A DNA stretch of 64,000 nucleotides from an uncultured Verrucomicrobiae bacterium (GCA_963801815.1 CAWDGJ010000002.1:96001-160000), one strand, 5' to 3'. Counted from the first letter of the stretch, positions 31,932 to 43,641 are shown. Notes: a model not told the origin generated them from the sequence alone. Translations and numbers: made by a program.

Positions 31932-33376
31932 TCAAGAAAACTCGCGCTCTTTCGGTGCGACGGACTTCGGCATGTTCAGCCGCAGATAGGAAAGCAAATC
32001 GGTGCGCGTGATCAGGCCGAGAAATTTGTCGCCGTCCATCACGATGGCGACCCGACCGCGATCGAAAACTTCGAGCAGGTCGTTGATTTTCGCGCTGGGC
32101 GAAAGGGTTTCGAGTTTGTCGGTCATCGCGGTTTGCACAGGATCGTTAAAGTGCGTCGAATCGCGATGCACCTTCACCAGCATGTCCGATTCATCGATAA
32201 TCCCAATGGCGCGACCGTTTTGATCGACCACCGGCAATTGCGAGACATCGCTGGCCCGCATTCGCTTGAACGCAGTGAGCAAACGTGTCGGTCGGCCCAA
32301 CCGAGATGACTTCGCCTGTTCTCGTAGCGATGCGAGATCAGATCGCTCAAGTCGCCGTGTGGCGGACGATGGATGAATCCCTGCTCGGCCATCCAGAAGT
32401 CGTTGAACATCTTCGAGAGATATTTGTTGCCGGTGTCGGAAACGAAGGTGACGACGCGCTTCGCTTGCTTTTGCTCGCGGCAATAACGCAGCGCACCGGC
32501 GACAAGCGTGCCAGTCGATGAGCCGCCAAAGATTCCTTCCTTGCGCAAAAGTTCGCGCGCCACCGCGAAACTTTCTTCGTCATCGATCTCGTAGGCCTCA
32601 GTGACGAGCGACATGTCAGCGATGTCGGGAATGAAATCTTCGCCGATGCCTTCGACCGCCCAACTTCCAGACTTCCACGAGCTTTGCCGGTCTTCACGCA
32701 TTCGTAAAGAATCGAGCCGGTCGGATCGGCCAGAACCATCTCGATCCCGCGCCGCGGTTTTACGCGATTAAAGAATCGGCCGAGACCGGTGAGCGTTCCG
32801 CCGGAACCAACACCGACGACGATCGCATCGACATCGTGCCGCATTTGTTCCCAAATCTCCGGACCGGTGGTGCGTTCGTGCGCCAGTGGATTGGCCGGAT
32901 TGCCGAACTGATTGACGTAAAACGCTGCCTGGAATTTCTCCGGCCAAACGCGCGGCGACATCCTGATAATATTCCGGGTGACCGCGGGTCACGTCGGAAC
33001 GCGTCAGAACAACTTCGGCGCCGAGCGCTCTGACGTGCGAAATTTTTTCCTGCGACATCTTGTCCGGGATCACCAGAACGACGCGATAACCTTTCGCGCC
33101 GGCGACCAGCGCGAGCCCGAGTCCGGTGTTTCCCGCAGTCGCCTCGATCACGGTGCCGCCGGGTTCGAGCTTTCCGTCCTCCTCGGCGGCTTCGATCATC
33201 GATAGCGCGACGCGGTCCTTGATCGAGCCGGTTGGATTTTGATTCTCCAGTTTCAAGAAAAACTGGCACGGGCCGGTATCGAATTGCGTGATCTCGACCA
33301 GCGGCGTGTCGCCGATCATCGAGAGGATTGCCGGCGGTCTTTTGGCTGAAGTCGGAGCTGTCGGAACCTCAAGCAT
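31932..33376 (-). CDS. cbs: Cystathionine beta-synthase with C-terminal CBS domains (frameshifted)
   Basis: [41 protein letters not shown], and a C-terminal CBS pair (VSQLPVV...GLITRTD). Confidence 0.88.
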
Positions 33377-33378
33377 GA

Positions 33379-34227
33379 CTAGAATAGTGTGAGCGTTTCG
33401 TCCGGATAGTCGATCACGACTTTGTAGTTGCGGAGAAAATTGTAACCGACAATACCGTCGAGCTTTGCGCCAACTGCCGAGCTCAACATTTCAAAGAAGT
33501 CCGCGACGATTACGGCCATATTGTTGATCTTAGCACCTCCGAGCTGAAATGACTGCAACGATCCGGCGGAAAAATCGACCGATGCGCCCCCCGGTAGTGC
33601 CGGCCCCGATAGGAGAGGCTTGGACGCCGAGCTTTCGGGCGAGGTCTGGCGTAATAGCGGTCGTCGACGTGCCGGTATCGATCGCGAACTGAAACGGGCC
33701 GCCACCATTAGGTGAACATCGACGAGAATGAGCGGCTTCGCCGGAGCGGCCAGGCGAATCGGGACCTCGGTCTGCGCGCCTCGAGCAACACTTTCAACGC
33801 GTTTTGGATCGTCCAGCCGAATCTCGGAATCGCGATAGTTAATGGTGACGCGAAAGTGTTTTAGAAAATTGTAGCCGAGGTCGCCATCGATTTTAGCGCC
33901 AATGGTTTTCGCAATGTGGCCAAGGTCGACAATACCAATATCGACATCGTGCAATTTGGTTTCGCCGACGGCGAGCGAATCAACGTTGGCGAGTGAAACA
34001 GAAACCTTTCCGCCGGCGCTTTGACCTTCTTTTGAACCGAGAATCTTAACGCCGAGCTCTTTGGCCACATCAGTTGAAAGCAACGATGTGCCAGCGCCTG
34101 TATCGAAAATGAAATCAAATGGCCCGCGATTGTTTACCTGAACAGGAAGCAGAATCAGCGGCTGGGCGCCACCGGCGAGACGGAATTTAACTCTCGAACT
34201 GTTGAGCGAACGCGCGCCAGTGGTCAT
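33379..34227 (-). CDS. Tandem retropepsin-like aspartyl protease
   Basis: FIFDTGAGT...DGDLGYNFL, plus a second domain whose FAIDTGT motif is read in another frame. Confidence 0.85.
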   Translation of the reverse strand: MTTGARSLNSSRVKFRLAGGAQPLILLPVQVNNRGPFDFIFDTGAGTSLLSTDVAKELGVKILGSKEGQSAGGKVSVSLANVDSLAVGETKLHDVDIGIVDLGHIAKTIGAKIDGDLGYNFLKHFRVTINYRDSEIRLDDPKRVESVARGAQTEVPIRLAAPAKPLILVDVHLMVAARFSSRSIPARRRPLLRQTSPESSASKPLLSGPALPGGASVDFSAGSLQSFQLGGAKINNMAVIVADFFEMLSSAVGAKLDGIVGYNFLRNYKVVIDYPDETLTLF

Positions 34228-34740
34228 TCGGGCAATTTCGGTTCGCCCTTATGCGACCATTCATTCTTGCTGTCTTCGAGAAATTGCTGGAGCACGTCGA
34301 ACCGCACTTCGCCGTAGTTTAAGGCGTAGCGAAGATCGCCATCTTTATAAATCCAGGTCGTCGGAATCCATGACACCTGCATTCCGGCAAATCGTTTAAT
34401 TTTGTTGTCGCCGTGGCGTGGGCCGGGGTCGGCAACAATCGTGACGTTGGGCTCGTTCGCGATTTGAAATCTCTGCAGCATCGATTTGCCGTCGCCGCCA
34501 TCATTCCAAACTGACACGAAATAGAATTTCACCTGTGGATTTGCTTTGATCGACCTTCAACCAACCGCCGCTTTTCAGTTCGGCCTGGCAGTTCGAGCAC
34601 CAGGGCGCCCAGAGATGAACGATGTTCAGATCGGGCGATTTGATTGCCTCGAGGACGGCTTGTTCCGCGGACGGCTGGCCGTGGGCGAAATTCGCCGCGA
34701 CCAAAAGCACAACGAGCACAGTGATTCGTAAGATCGACAT
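34224..34740 (-). CDS. Exported thioredoxin-like (TlpA-type) protein (one frameshift)
   Basis: Signal peptide, HLWAPWCSNC, WIPTTWIY. Confidence 0.8.
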
Positions 34741-34780
34741 CACATCAAATATGGAGAGAAGAAGAACGCGCTCAAGAGAT

Positions 34781-34830
34781 TGGTAGGGGCGACGCTCCGC
34801 GGAGCCGGCTCACGGAGTCTCGCCCTACCA
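34781..34830. repeat. REP-like GTAG...CTAC element
   Basis: TGGTAGGGGCGACGCTCCGCGGAGCC-GGCTCACGGAGTCTCGCCCTACCA. Confidence 0.7.
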
Positions 34831-34980
34831 TTCCGTTGATCAGCACAGATGAATCTTGTCACCGCGCGGTTGAATTTGACCGATCCGCCGAAAACGCCTA
34901 GTGTGGCGCTCCGTTTTTCGCGGAATTCGGCGGTCCCGGATCGCCCCGCAGCGTAAAGGCCCAAGGAGCCTTATTTATAT

Positions 34981-36750
34981 ATGTTGCAAATGCAGGATGT
35001 GATGTCGAAGCCGATGCGCGGACTTCAAAGAAGGCAGCATTGTCAAAGGACGCATTCTGGAAGATCCGCCCACGCGAAGTGCTCGTCGACATCGGTTACA
35101 AATCGGAGGGCGTCATTCCGTCGTCGGAATTCGAGGACATCGAGAATCGCTCGAAGTCGGCGACGAAGTGGACGTGCTGCTCGAGCGCCTCGAGAACGAC
35201 GAAGGCATGGTCGTGCTCTCGAAGGAAAAAGCGGCCTATCGCCAGAATTGGAACAAGATCGCGCAGCGTGTTTGCCAGGACGACGGCCTGATCAAGGGCA
35301 AGGTGAAGTCCGTCGTCAAAGGCGGCCTGATGGTCAACATCGGCGTCGAAGCGTTTCTGCCGGCGTCGCAGATCGACATCATCCCGCCGAAGGATTTGCA
35401 GCAGTTCGTCGGCAACACCTACGATTTCAAGATCGTCAAGATCAACGACGACCGGACAAAACGTCGTGCTCAGCCGCCGCGAATTGATCGAGCAGGAACG
35501 CAGCGAGAAGCGCCAGAAATTCCTCGAAGGCGTCAAGGTCGGCGACACGTGTCAAGGGCACGGTCAAGAATCTCACCGATTTCGGCGCGTTCATCGATCT
35601 CGACGGCATGGACGGCTTGCTCCACATCACCGACATGACCTGGGGCCGCCTCGGCCATCCGAGCGAACTGCTCAAGGTCGGCCAGCAGCTCGAAGTCCTC
35701 GTGCTCGACATCAACAAGGAGAAAGAGCGCGTTTCGCTCGGCCTCAAGCAGACGCAGAAGAATCCGTGGGACCAGATCGAAGAGCGCTTCCCGGCCGGCC
35801 AAAAGGTCAAAGGCAAGATCACCAACCTCGTTCCTTACGGCGCGTTCGTGGAACTCGAGGAAGGCGTCGAAGGCCTCATCCACGTCTCCGAACTTTCCTG
35901 GACGAAGCGCATCATGCGTCCATCCGACATTCTGACGGTCGGCCAGGAAGTCGAAGCCGTCGTGCTCGGCATCAACAAGGAGGAGCAGAAGATTTCGCTC
36001 GGCCTCCGCCAGCTCGAACCCAATCCGTGGGACGAAATCGAGAAGAAATTCACCATCGGCAGCCAGGTCAAGGGCACAGATCCGCAACATGACCGCCTAC
36101 GGCGCGTTCGTGGAACTGGAGGAAGGCATCGACGGCATGATCCACGTCTCCGACCTGAGCTGGACCCGCAAGATCAATCATCCGAGCGAAGTCTTCAAGA
36201 AGGGCGACGAAGTCGAAGCCGTGGTGATCGACATCGACAAGACCAACCAGCGCATCAGCCTCGGCATCAAACAGCTGAGCGACGATCCGTGGAAGAACAT
36301 CGATCAGAAATACAAGATCGGCGATCTCGTCAACGGCAAGGTCACGCAAGCTCGCCAGCTTCGGCGCGTTCGTGCAGTTGCAGGACGACATCGACGGCCT
36401 CGTCCACATCTCGCAGTTCAGCGAAGATCACGTCGACAAGGTCAAGGACGTGCTCAAGGTCGGCCAGGAAGTCGAAGCGCGCGTCATCAAGGTCGACAAA
36501 GTCGAGCGCCGCATCGGTCTCTCGATCAAGGCCGCGAACTACTCCGAGGAAGAATTGCGCAAGCGAAGTCCGAAGCGTTCGACACACTTCGCGTCCGGGC
36601 GAAGACATGGTCGGTCTGGAGAAAGCGTTCGACGCCGCCGAGCAGGAAGATTATCGCCCCGGCGAATCGAAAAAAGTCGCCACCAAGGAACCAAAGCCGG
36701 CCAAGGAAGCAAAAGAGCCGAAGCCGAAAAAGGAATCGAAGAAGAAATAG
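34981..36750 (+). CDS. rpsA: 30S ribosomal protein S1 (multiple frameshifts)
   Basis: [16 protein letters not shown]...[38 protein letters not shown] and further S1 repeats; Lys-rich tail. Confidence 0.95.
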
Positions 36751-36820
36751 CTCTTTTCGATCCCCCCTCGGTCAACCTAATAGCTGGTATGCGCTCGGAG
36801 CAGCGGCTAATTCTTGTTGA

Positions 36821-37129
36821 GTGACTGAGTTCAATATCTACCGCGTCTATTATTACAGCGCGCCCCAATACAACTGGGCCGTCCGGATCGATCTTTATAT
36901 GAGCGCGGCGTACGTGGGCACGCTGCTGTTCATGAAGGAAGGCCAGTCAATACCCGCAAACACAATCGTGAACGGCGCTCCGCGATTGCATTACTCGATT
37001 CAAGATTTCCCGGCGATGATTCAAATGATTCGCGAAGAGAAACCGCTCTTCGTGAATCTGAATGAAGCCAACGGTATTGGCAGCATCAGCACCAGTGACG
37101 AGCCGGTTGGCGAACAGGAAGGCGTTTAG
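36821..37129 (+). CDS. Hypothetical protein
   Basis: 102 aa ORF with protein-like composition ending STSDEPVGEQE. Confidence 0.65.
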   Translation: MTEFNIYRVYYYSAPQYNWAVRIDLYMSAAYVGTLLFMKEGQSIPANTIVNGAPRLHYSIQDFPAMIQMIREEKPLFVNLNEANGIGSISTSDEPVGEQEGV

Positions 37130-37590
37130 CGTCGGCCGCCGCCGAAGTCCTCGAAAGGATTGTAGACTGACAACGTGTAGTAATAGACGGCGCCGTCCGG
37201 CCGCTTTGAAACTGCTTGCGGATGTCCGAACAAAGCTTCGACATCACGGATCGTCGTGCGGCCGCGGACAAGCGCCCCAATGCGCCGCGTGTAAAACTCG
37301 TTTACCTCCGCGTTCGCGATATAAGCAGGCGACGTGAGCAAACGGCCGGCCTTGTCGAACCGAAAGGCGAGCACATCCGCGCCGTAACCGTGACGGAGCC
37401 GGTCTGATGTGTCGATGTATGGTGCGTCATCCAGGCCGAGTTGATGTGAGAGTGTCGATCCGTCGCGCACAACATAATACCCGGTGCGTGGCCCGAGCCG
37501 GACGTAATGTGAATCGTCGCTGAAAGAATTCGCGGGCGCCACTTGGACGACAGCGAAGAGCAAAACGGCAATCCGCAAGACGACGTTCAT
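37126..37590 (-). CDS. Hypothetical exported protein with BamE/SmpA-like C-terminus
   Basis: Signal peptide; GRTTIRDVEALFGHP...YYY pattern. Confidence 0.55.
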   Translation of the reverse strand: MNVVLRIAVLLFAVVQVAPANSFSDDSHYVRLGPRTGYYVVRDGSTLSHQLGLDDAPYIDTSDRLRHGYGADVLAFRFDKAGRLLTSPAYIANAEVNEFYTRRIGALVRGRTTIRDVEALFGHPQAVSKRPDGAVYYYTLSVYNPFEDFGGGRR

Positions 37591-37741
37591 GTAAACCACA
37601 GATTGCACAGATTTCGCAGATGCAGAAGATTTCCTGAACACTTTAAAGTAGTCGATGGTCAATAAAACGCGCTTTCCGGTTCACGTGAAAAATTCGACGA
37701 AACAGAAAAGGGCGGAAATGGTAGCCTGTCGATCTTAGCGT

Positions 37742-38194
37742 TTATCGCATTTCGTCGAGCACGTCGGCGACCGCATTCTGCAAAGGGCGCGGACCGCTAC
37801 CGTTCAGTGCAAGATCGACATCTTCGAGGCGCCGGATGAGGTCGAGAACTTCGCGACGCGCGATTGGTCCACCGGCGGCGACGCAAAAGTGAGTACGGCA
37901 ACCGAATGGCCGGTCTTCGTAGATCAGGCATTTGCTCGTTTCTTGTTGAAGCATTGGGCACGCGCCATCGGCATTTTCAGGCAGTAATTTCCGGCCGGTG
38001 GCCCGAAGTGCCTTTGCTGCGGTGATGGCTTCGCCTTTCGTCAGATAAGGAGTGCGCCCGGTTCGTTTGAAGTGACAACATTCAGTCCGGCGCGTGCAAT
38101 TCCGCTGGATCGGCTTCTGCGCAAGATCGGCATAAATTTGTCGCACTTCCGCCAGCGCGCTCTGCAATTTCTTTGAAACATCTCGGGTGTTCAT
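37742..38194 (-). CDS. YkgJ family cysteine-cluster protein
   Basis: CTRRTECC...CPML...CLIYEDRPFGCRTHFC. Confidence 0.85.
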   Translation of the reverse strand: MNTRDVSKKLQSALAEVRQIYADLAQKPIQRNCTRRTECCHFKRTGRTPYLTKGEAITAAKALRATGRKLLPENADGACPMLQQETSKCLIYEDRPFGCRTHFCVAAGGPIARREVLDLIRRLEDVDLALNGSGPRPLQNAVADVLDEMR

Positions 38195-39423
38195 GGACTT
38201 TTCCGCTCGACTCCAGCCATGGCGTGTCCTGCAATCCACCCGGTAGTCCAGGCGGCCTGGAAATTGAAACCGCCCGTGATGCCGTCAATGTCGAGGAGCT
38301 CCCCGGCAAAATAGAGATTTGGCGTGACCCGGCTTTCCATGGTTTTGAAATTGATCTCGCGTAATCGCACGCCGCCGCAAGTAACAAACTCCTCTTTGTT
38401 CAACGATTTCCCATCGACCTTGAGTTCGGTCGCACGCAATTGTCGAATTAGTTCGTTCATTCCGGTGCGCGTGAGCGAAGTCCAATTTGTTTCCGGCAGA
38501 ATGCCGGCGTTCGAGGCCAGCTTTTCCCAAAGTCGTGCTGGAATTGCGCCGATGCGTGAATTGATGATTCGCTTCGTCGGTTCTGTTTGTCTGCGCGATT
38601 GGAGCTCGGACCGAAGTTCGGCCTCATTTTTTTGGGGAATCCAATTAACACGAAGGGTGAAGCGGTAGTTCTTTTGGTGCAAGACGCGCGCGCCCCAAGC
38701 CGAAAGTCGCAAAACGGCGGGACCGCTCACTCCGTTGTGTGTGATGAGCAACGATCCGCGCTCCCGCAGCTTTTCAACCGACACTTCGACGTCGCCTATG
38801 GATATCCCCGGCAATGATCGCAGCCACGGCGCGGAAGTGTGGAGCGAAAAGAGCGATGGAACCGGAGGCTCGATCGTGTGACCAAGCGAACACGCCAGCT
38901 CAGCACCAATTGCATTTCGAGCGCCACCCGTGGCCAGGAGTAGTCGATCGCAAGTCGTCGATTTCCCATCACTCAATCTCACCTCAAAACCCCCTTCCGT
39001 TCGAACACGCGCATTTTCGATACCTTTGCGCGTGAAGAGCCGAACGCCGGCCGCCTTCGCTTCTCTAATCAAACAATCGATGATGGTTTCTGATGAATCT
39101 GTCACCGGAAAGATTCGCCCGTCTTCTTCACGCTTAAGTCGGACGCCGCGCGCTTCAAACCAGGCAATTGTGTCCTCGGCTGAAAATCGATGGAACGGTG
39201 AAATGAGTTCCCGTTCGCCGCGCGGATAACGTGTCGTTAACATTCGCGGATCGAACAATGCGTGCGTTACATTACAACGCCCACCGCCAGAAATGCGCAC
39301 CTTGGAAAGAAATTGCGAGCTGCGCTCGAAAAGCGAAACCCTGCAGTTTCGATTAGCGTGCGCCGCAGCGATCGCCGCAAAGAAACCAGCGGCGCCGCCA
39401 CCGACAATCACGATTTCAGTCAC
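38191..39423 (-). CDS. HI0933/BaiN-family flavoprotein
   Basis: GGGAAG, KVRISGGGRCNVT, LATGG, FVTCGGV, GELLDIDGITGGFNFQAAW. Confidence 0.93.
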   Translation of the reverse strand: MTEIVIVGGGAAGFFAAIAAAHANRNCRVSLFERSSQFLSKVRISGGGRCNVTHALFDPRMLTTRYPRGERELISPFHRFSAEDTIAWFEARGVRLKREEDGRIFPVTDSSETIIDCLIREAKAAGVRLFTRKGIENARVRTEGGFEVRLSDGKSTTCDRLLLATGGARNAIGAELACSLGHTIEPPVPSLFSLHTSAPWLRSLPGISIGDVEVSVEKLRERGSLLITHNGVSGPAVLRLSAWGARVLHQKNYRFTLRVNWIPQKNEAELRSELQSRRQTEPTKRIINSRIGAIPARLWEKLASNAGILPETNWTSLTRTGMNELIRQLRATELKVDGKSLNKEEFVTCGGVRLREINFKTMESRVTPNLYFAGELLDIDGITGGFNFQAAWTTGWIAGHAMAGVERKSP

Positions 39424-39592
39424 CCGGCAAGTTCATCGATAAAAGGCAGCCCGCACTCGAAAATCACTCATTTGGACGCCCTCATTAAAAATCGCACAGA
39501 TTTTTGCGGACACAGCGCCAGATATCGAAAAATTTCTGAACGCTCCGTTCTCTCGTCGGTCAATAGAACGGAAAAAAGGGCGCTCTCATCTT

Positions 39593-40027
39593 ATGATCAA
39601 CAAAATAGCGATTCGGTTCGGCTCAATGCTCATCTTCGTTTTTGCGGTCCAGTCACTTTCGGCTGACGAGGCGTTAACAGAGCGCAACAAGGAAGTTGTC
39701 CGAAATTTTTATACTACGGTTTTCCTGGGTCGTAATGTCGATGCTGCGCCAAAGTTCTTGCGGCCTGATTACATTCAAGGCAATCCCGGAAATAACGTTC
39801 CCACCGGGCTGAAAGGTTTCATGGACGCATTTCGGGAAGGCTTTGCTAAGAAACTACCGCCCGACTACAAACGCGAGCTGCTAAATGTAATCGGCGACAA
39901 CGACATGGTCGTAATTTATGTGCGCCAAACCTGGACCAGTAAGGATGGACAGCATCATCAAGCCCTTGGCTTCGACATGTTTCGCGTCCAGGACGGCATG
40001 ATCGCAGAACATTGGGACGCGGATTAA
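39593..40027 (+). CDS. Exported SnoaL/NTF2-like protein
   Basis: NKEVVRNFY, DYIQ, DMFRVQDGMIAEHWD. Confidence 0.85.
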   Translation: MINKIAIRFGSMLIFVFAVQSLSADEALTERNKEVVRNFYTTVFLGRNVDAAPKFLRPDYIQGNPGNNVPTGLKGFMDAFREGFAKKLPPDYKRELLNVIGDNDMVVIYVRQTWTSKDGQHHQALGFDMFRVQDGMIAEHWDAD

Positions 40028-40130
40028 ATCGGTACGCAAAACGCGCCCTTTCGCCCGGCAAAGCGAGCGGAAAAGGCGCGACTGTGTTCCCGCCACGCCG
40101 TAGTTCCAGCGAAGTCGGGTTGGCTAACTC

Positions 40131-40460
40131 TTAATCCTCGTCGAGGACTACGCGGTCGACGAGCATGTTGTCACCCTCACCCACGTAGTGAACGTGGACC
40201 GGAGCGCCCACGCGAACGCGTGTGCGAACGGTTGCCTCGTCAAGCGGCCTACCGCTTCTGGTTACATAAACAACACTCTTGCCGAAGCGATAATGTCGAG
40301 GCCCGGCACTCTCCTTCAGCACAATCGCGTTCCCCGGTGTGAACTCGGTGATTGTGCCACTGCCCTCAGTCGTGGTCGTAGTGGTGGTGGTTTCAGAAAC
40401 CTGCGCCCAAGCAAACGGGGCCGCGACTGCCAATGCCATGCTAAGTATTAACTTCTTCAT
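40131..40460 (-). CDS. Hypothetical exported protein
   Basis: Signal peptide, poly-Thr tract, small beta-rich domain. Confidence 0.75.
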   Translation of the reverse strand: MKKLILSMALAVAAPFAWAQVSETTTTTTTTEGSGTITEFTPGNAIVLKESAGPRHYRFGKSVVYVTRSGRPLDEATVRTRVRVGAPVHVHYVGEGDNMLVDRVVLDED

Positions 40461-40598
40461 TCATATTTAGACGCACCGAGCAATAATCGTATTCGGTTTC
40501 AATTGTGCATTTCTCGGCAATTTACCGAGAAAATCGAAAGGCAATCCCGCGCCTGAACAGTTCTCGACTTTGATCGCGCCGCTCTTCAAAAAGATTCA

Positions 40599-41450
40599 AT
40601 GGAACCAACGCCTCCACCTTTGTCATCAACGCCTCCTCCACCGTCAGCGCCGCAACCACGCGCAGATTGGTGGTCGCGAAACTGGAAATGGTTTGTCCCG
40701 ACCGGCTGCCTAACACTGATCGCGATGGGCGTCGCCTTTTTCGTCTGCATTTTTGTTCTCGTGTTCAGCGTTATCAAATCGTCGGACGCTTACAGGACAG
40801 CTCTCGACCGTGCCAAAAATGATGATCGCGTGGTGGCCGCACTCGGCACTCCGATTCACGATGGATTGGTTCCATCCGGAAAGACAAATGTGAGCGGACC
40901 TTCCGGTGAAGCCGATCTGGCCATTCCGATTTCCGGACCGAAGGGAAAAGCAACGATCTACGTCGTAGGCAAAAAGTCCGCCGGCAAGTGGGATTTCTCC
41001 AAGCTCGTGGTCCAGATCGATGGCGGCGAGATGATCGATCTCAATGAGTCGGCCGATTCAGAATCCACAAACGGAAACGATTCGAACATGGAAAACGAGG
41101 AATCGTCGGCAGACGAGCGAGTCGAAGCGATCAACCTCGCCCGCGAAGATCACGGCAAGCTCCATTCGGTGAAGGATTTTAAGCAAGCCGACAATCCGGA
41201 GCACATCGTCGTCGTGTTAACGGACGGGAACGAAGGGACACATGTCAAAACGGTTTGGACGAACCTGAATGCCGGAGGCGCGAAGAACCAGAAACTTTGG
41301 ACGAAGGAGCTCGTCACGGACGAGGCAAATCGCCGCGCTGACTTCTCGCTTTCCAACAGCAACGGCAAATTATTTCCGCCGGGCGATTACAAGATAGACG
41401 TCTATCTCGACGACGAGTTGATCCAGACCGTCCATTACCAAGTGCAGTGA
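40599..41450 (+). CDS. Coa1-like (cytochrome oxidase assembly factor family) protein with an extra C-terminal domain
   Basis: WWSRNWKWFVP, TM segment, ALGTPI, ADLAIPISGPKGKATIY. Confidence 0.7.
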   Translation: MEPTPPPLSSTPPPPSAPQPRADWWSRNWKWFVPTGCLTLIAMGVAFFVCIFVLVFSVIKSSDAYRTALDRAKNDDRVVAALGTPIHDGLVPSGKTNVSGPSGEADLAIPISGPKGKATIYVVGKKSAGKWDFSKLVVQIDGGEMIDLNESADSESTNGNDSNMENEESSADERVEAINLAREDHGKLHSVKDFKQADNPEHIVVVLTDGNEGTHVKTVWTNLNAGGAKNQKLWTKELVTDEANRRADFSLSNSNGKLFPPGDYKIDVYLDDELIQTVHYQVQ

Positions 41451-42289
41451 AAGAAGTTACGAAACTCTCTCCGCTCATTCTTTGGCTGGCGATTGCTATA
41501 CACACGCCTCTTCTTCCTCTTTCGACAGCTGCGTCAGGCAACACCGAATTCGAAAGGCTTAGTAAGGAAGCAACGCGAAACGCTAAGACAAACGAAGGGC
41601 ATCACTACCAGAACAGAACCTTCTTGGACGCAATCGATCCGGCATTGCGCGCGGCGCTGGACGCTTGCATGAGAAGCTCGCCTAACACGATTGATGGACA
41701 TCCGGGCGAGGTTGATTTTGTGATCGCCGCCGATGGACACATAAAGAAGATTGTCTTTTCGCCTGACGTTCCTCTCGCTGAATGTGTGGCCGCGAAGCTG
41801 CGAGGTGTTTCAAAACTTCCACCTCCCCCGGCTGATTCGTGGGTCGTCGGTATCGGCGTTGCAAAACACGATGATCCAAAGTCGAAAGGCCCGCCCGATC
41901 GGCCGCAGCATTTGCAGGGGGCCGATCAACAAACGGCTTATGACAAAGCGATTGCGCCATACGTAGCAAAAGCGCGGGCTACGTATCCGTCGGCAAAGAA
42001 GCGTTTTCTTGACGGATTGCCACAAGGTTATCGGTTTTCCGTGCGCGCTCGCCTTCGCGACAAAGATGGCTCGCAGTTTGAGGATTCATTTGTGAGCGTC
42101 GAGAAGATCTCGAGAGGTCAAATTACGGGTATTATCGAAAATGAACTCCGTACAGTTAAACAATTTAAGACTGGCCAGCGCATCACAATTCCCGAAAGCA
42201 AGATCGACAATTGGGTAATCGTGCGACCGGACGGAACCGAGGAAGGAAACTACGTCGGCAAATTCCTCGATCACTACAAACCGCAGTAA
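41447..42289 (+). CDS. Exported two-domain protein (TonB-C-like plus DUF2314-like)
   Basis: Signal peptide; VDFVIAADGHI...KLPPPP; KARATYP...ITGIIEN...IDNW...EEGNY. Confidence 0.55.
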   Translation: MKEVTKLSPLILWLAIAIHTPLLPLSTAASGNTEFERLSKEATRNAKTNEGHHYQNRTFLDAIDPALRAALDACMRSSPNTIDGHPGEVDFVIAADGHIKKIVFSPDVPLAECVAAKLRGVSKLPPPPADSWVVGIGVAKHDDPKSKGPPDRPQHLQGADQQTAYDKAIAPYVAKARATYPSAKKRFLDGLPQGYRFSVRARLRDKDGSQFEDSFVSVEKISRGQITGIIENELRTVKQFKTGQRITIPESKIDNWVIVRPDGTEEGNYVGKFLDHYKPQ

Positions 42290-42323
42290 CCGCAACCCAC
42301 TCTCGTCAAGGCGGCAAATGAAT

Positions 42324-43493
42324 CTATGATTCGAACAGGTCGAGGTATTTGATGCCTGAACCCGTGTTGAAGATTACCACCCGCTCGCCGGCGTCGATCT
42401 TGCCCGACGCGCGAAGTTTCTCTAGTGCCACAAAACAAGCCGCACCTTCAGGCGCAACAAAAAGCCCTTCCTTCGATCCGACTTCCCGCACGGCGCGAAT
42501 CATCTCATCGTCCTCGACTGCAATCGCGCCGCCGTTCGACTTTCGCAAAATGTCGAGCATCAGGAAGTCGCCGATTGCTTTTGGCACACGCAGGCCGGAT
42601 GCCGTCGTTTGCGCGTTTGGAAATTCGATCGCGAATTTCTCGCCGGCCTCGAACGCGCGCACGATCGGCGCGCAGCCACTCGCCTGCACCGAAAACATTC
42701 GCGGCCGCTTCGCTATCGATCCAACCGAGCTTTTCCATTTCATCGAACGCTTTCCACATTCCGATTAGTCCGGTGCCGCCGCCGGTTGGATACAAGAATC
42801 ACGTCCGGCAATTTCCAATCGAGTTGCTCAGCGATTTCGTAGCCAAGCGTTTTTTTTCCTTCGATTCGATACGGCTCTTTCAACGTCGAAACATCGAACC
42901 AGTCTTCTTTTTCCTTCCGCTTGGCGATCTCCGCGCCGCAATCGGTGATCAGCCCATCTATCAGAGTCACGTGCGCGCCGAGTTCGCGGCATTCGATGAT
43001 GTTCGCGCGCGGCGTATCGCGCGGCATGAAGACGTGCGCCTCGAGTCCGGCCCGCGCCGCGTAAGCGGCCAGTGCGCCGCCGGCGTTTCCCGCGCTCGGC
43101 ACTGCCAGTTTTTTTGCTCCAAGATATTTCGCCATCGAAACGGCAACACTCATCCCGCGCGCTTTGAAGCTTTGAGTCGGATTGACCGATTCGTCCTTGA
43201 TCCAAAGATCGACGATCGCCATCGAATCTTGTTCGACTTGCAACAACGGCGTGCCGCCTTCGCCCAGCGAAACCGGCTCGGCGTCTTTCGGCAGCGGCAA
43301 CAGCTTCGCGCTATCGCCACAACGATTTCTCACGTCGTTGAAAACTTGACCGCTTTAAGCAGTCAAGTTTTCCAGCGGCGTCCAGGTCGTAGATCGCGAA
43401 GAGTGGTTTGCCGCACGCGGTGCAAAGATTTTGCAGCCGCTGCCAATCATGCTGCTTCCCACAGGCGGTGCATTCGAGATGGGACAGAAACAC
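42324..43493 (-). CDS. thrC: Threonine synthase (frameshifted)
   Basis: N-terminal CxxC...Cxx[52 protein letters not shown]. Confidence 0.9.
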
Positions 43494-43641
43494 ACACCAA
43501 TGGAGCGCATTCGCGCAAAATTGAAAAGGTGGATCGACCGCTTCGCGGGCGATGCTAAATATTTCTCGGCTTCGCCGACAGTAATAACATCGAGCAGGGA
43601 CTGCTCGATCCACCTCGCACTTTGTGCTAGAAGCGCGACAG

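Noticed and set aside
42425..43558. Long antisense ORFs (also 27280-28056, 29658-30527, 24736-25413)
   Set aside because: Shadow ORFs opposite well-supported genes in GC-rich DNA, Arg/Ser-rich and lacking motifs.
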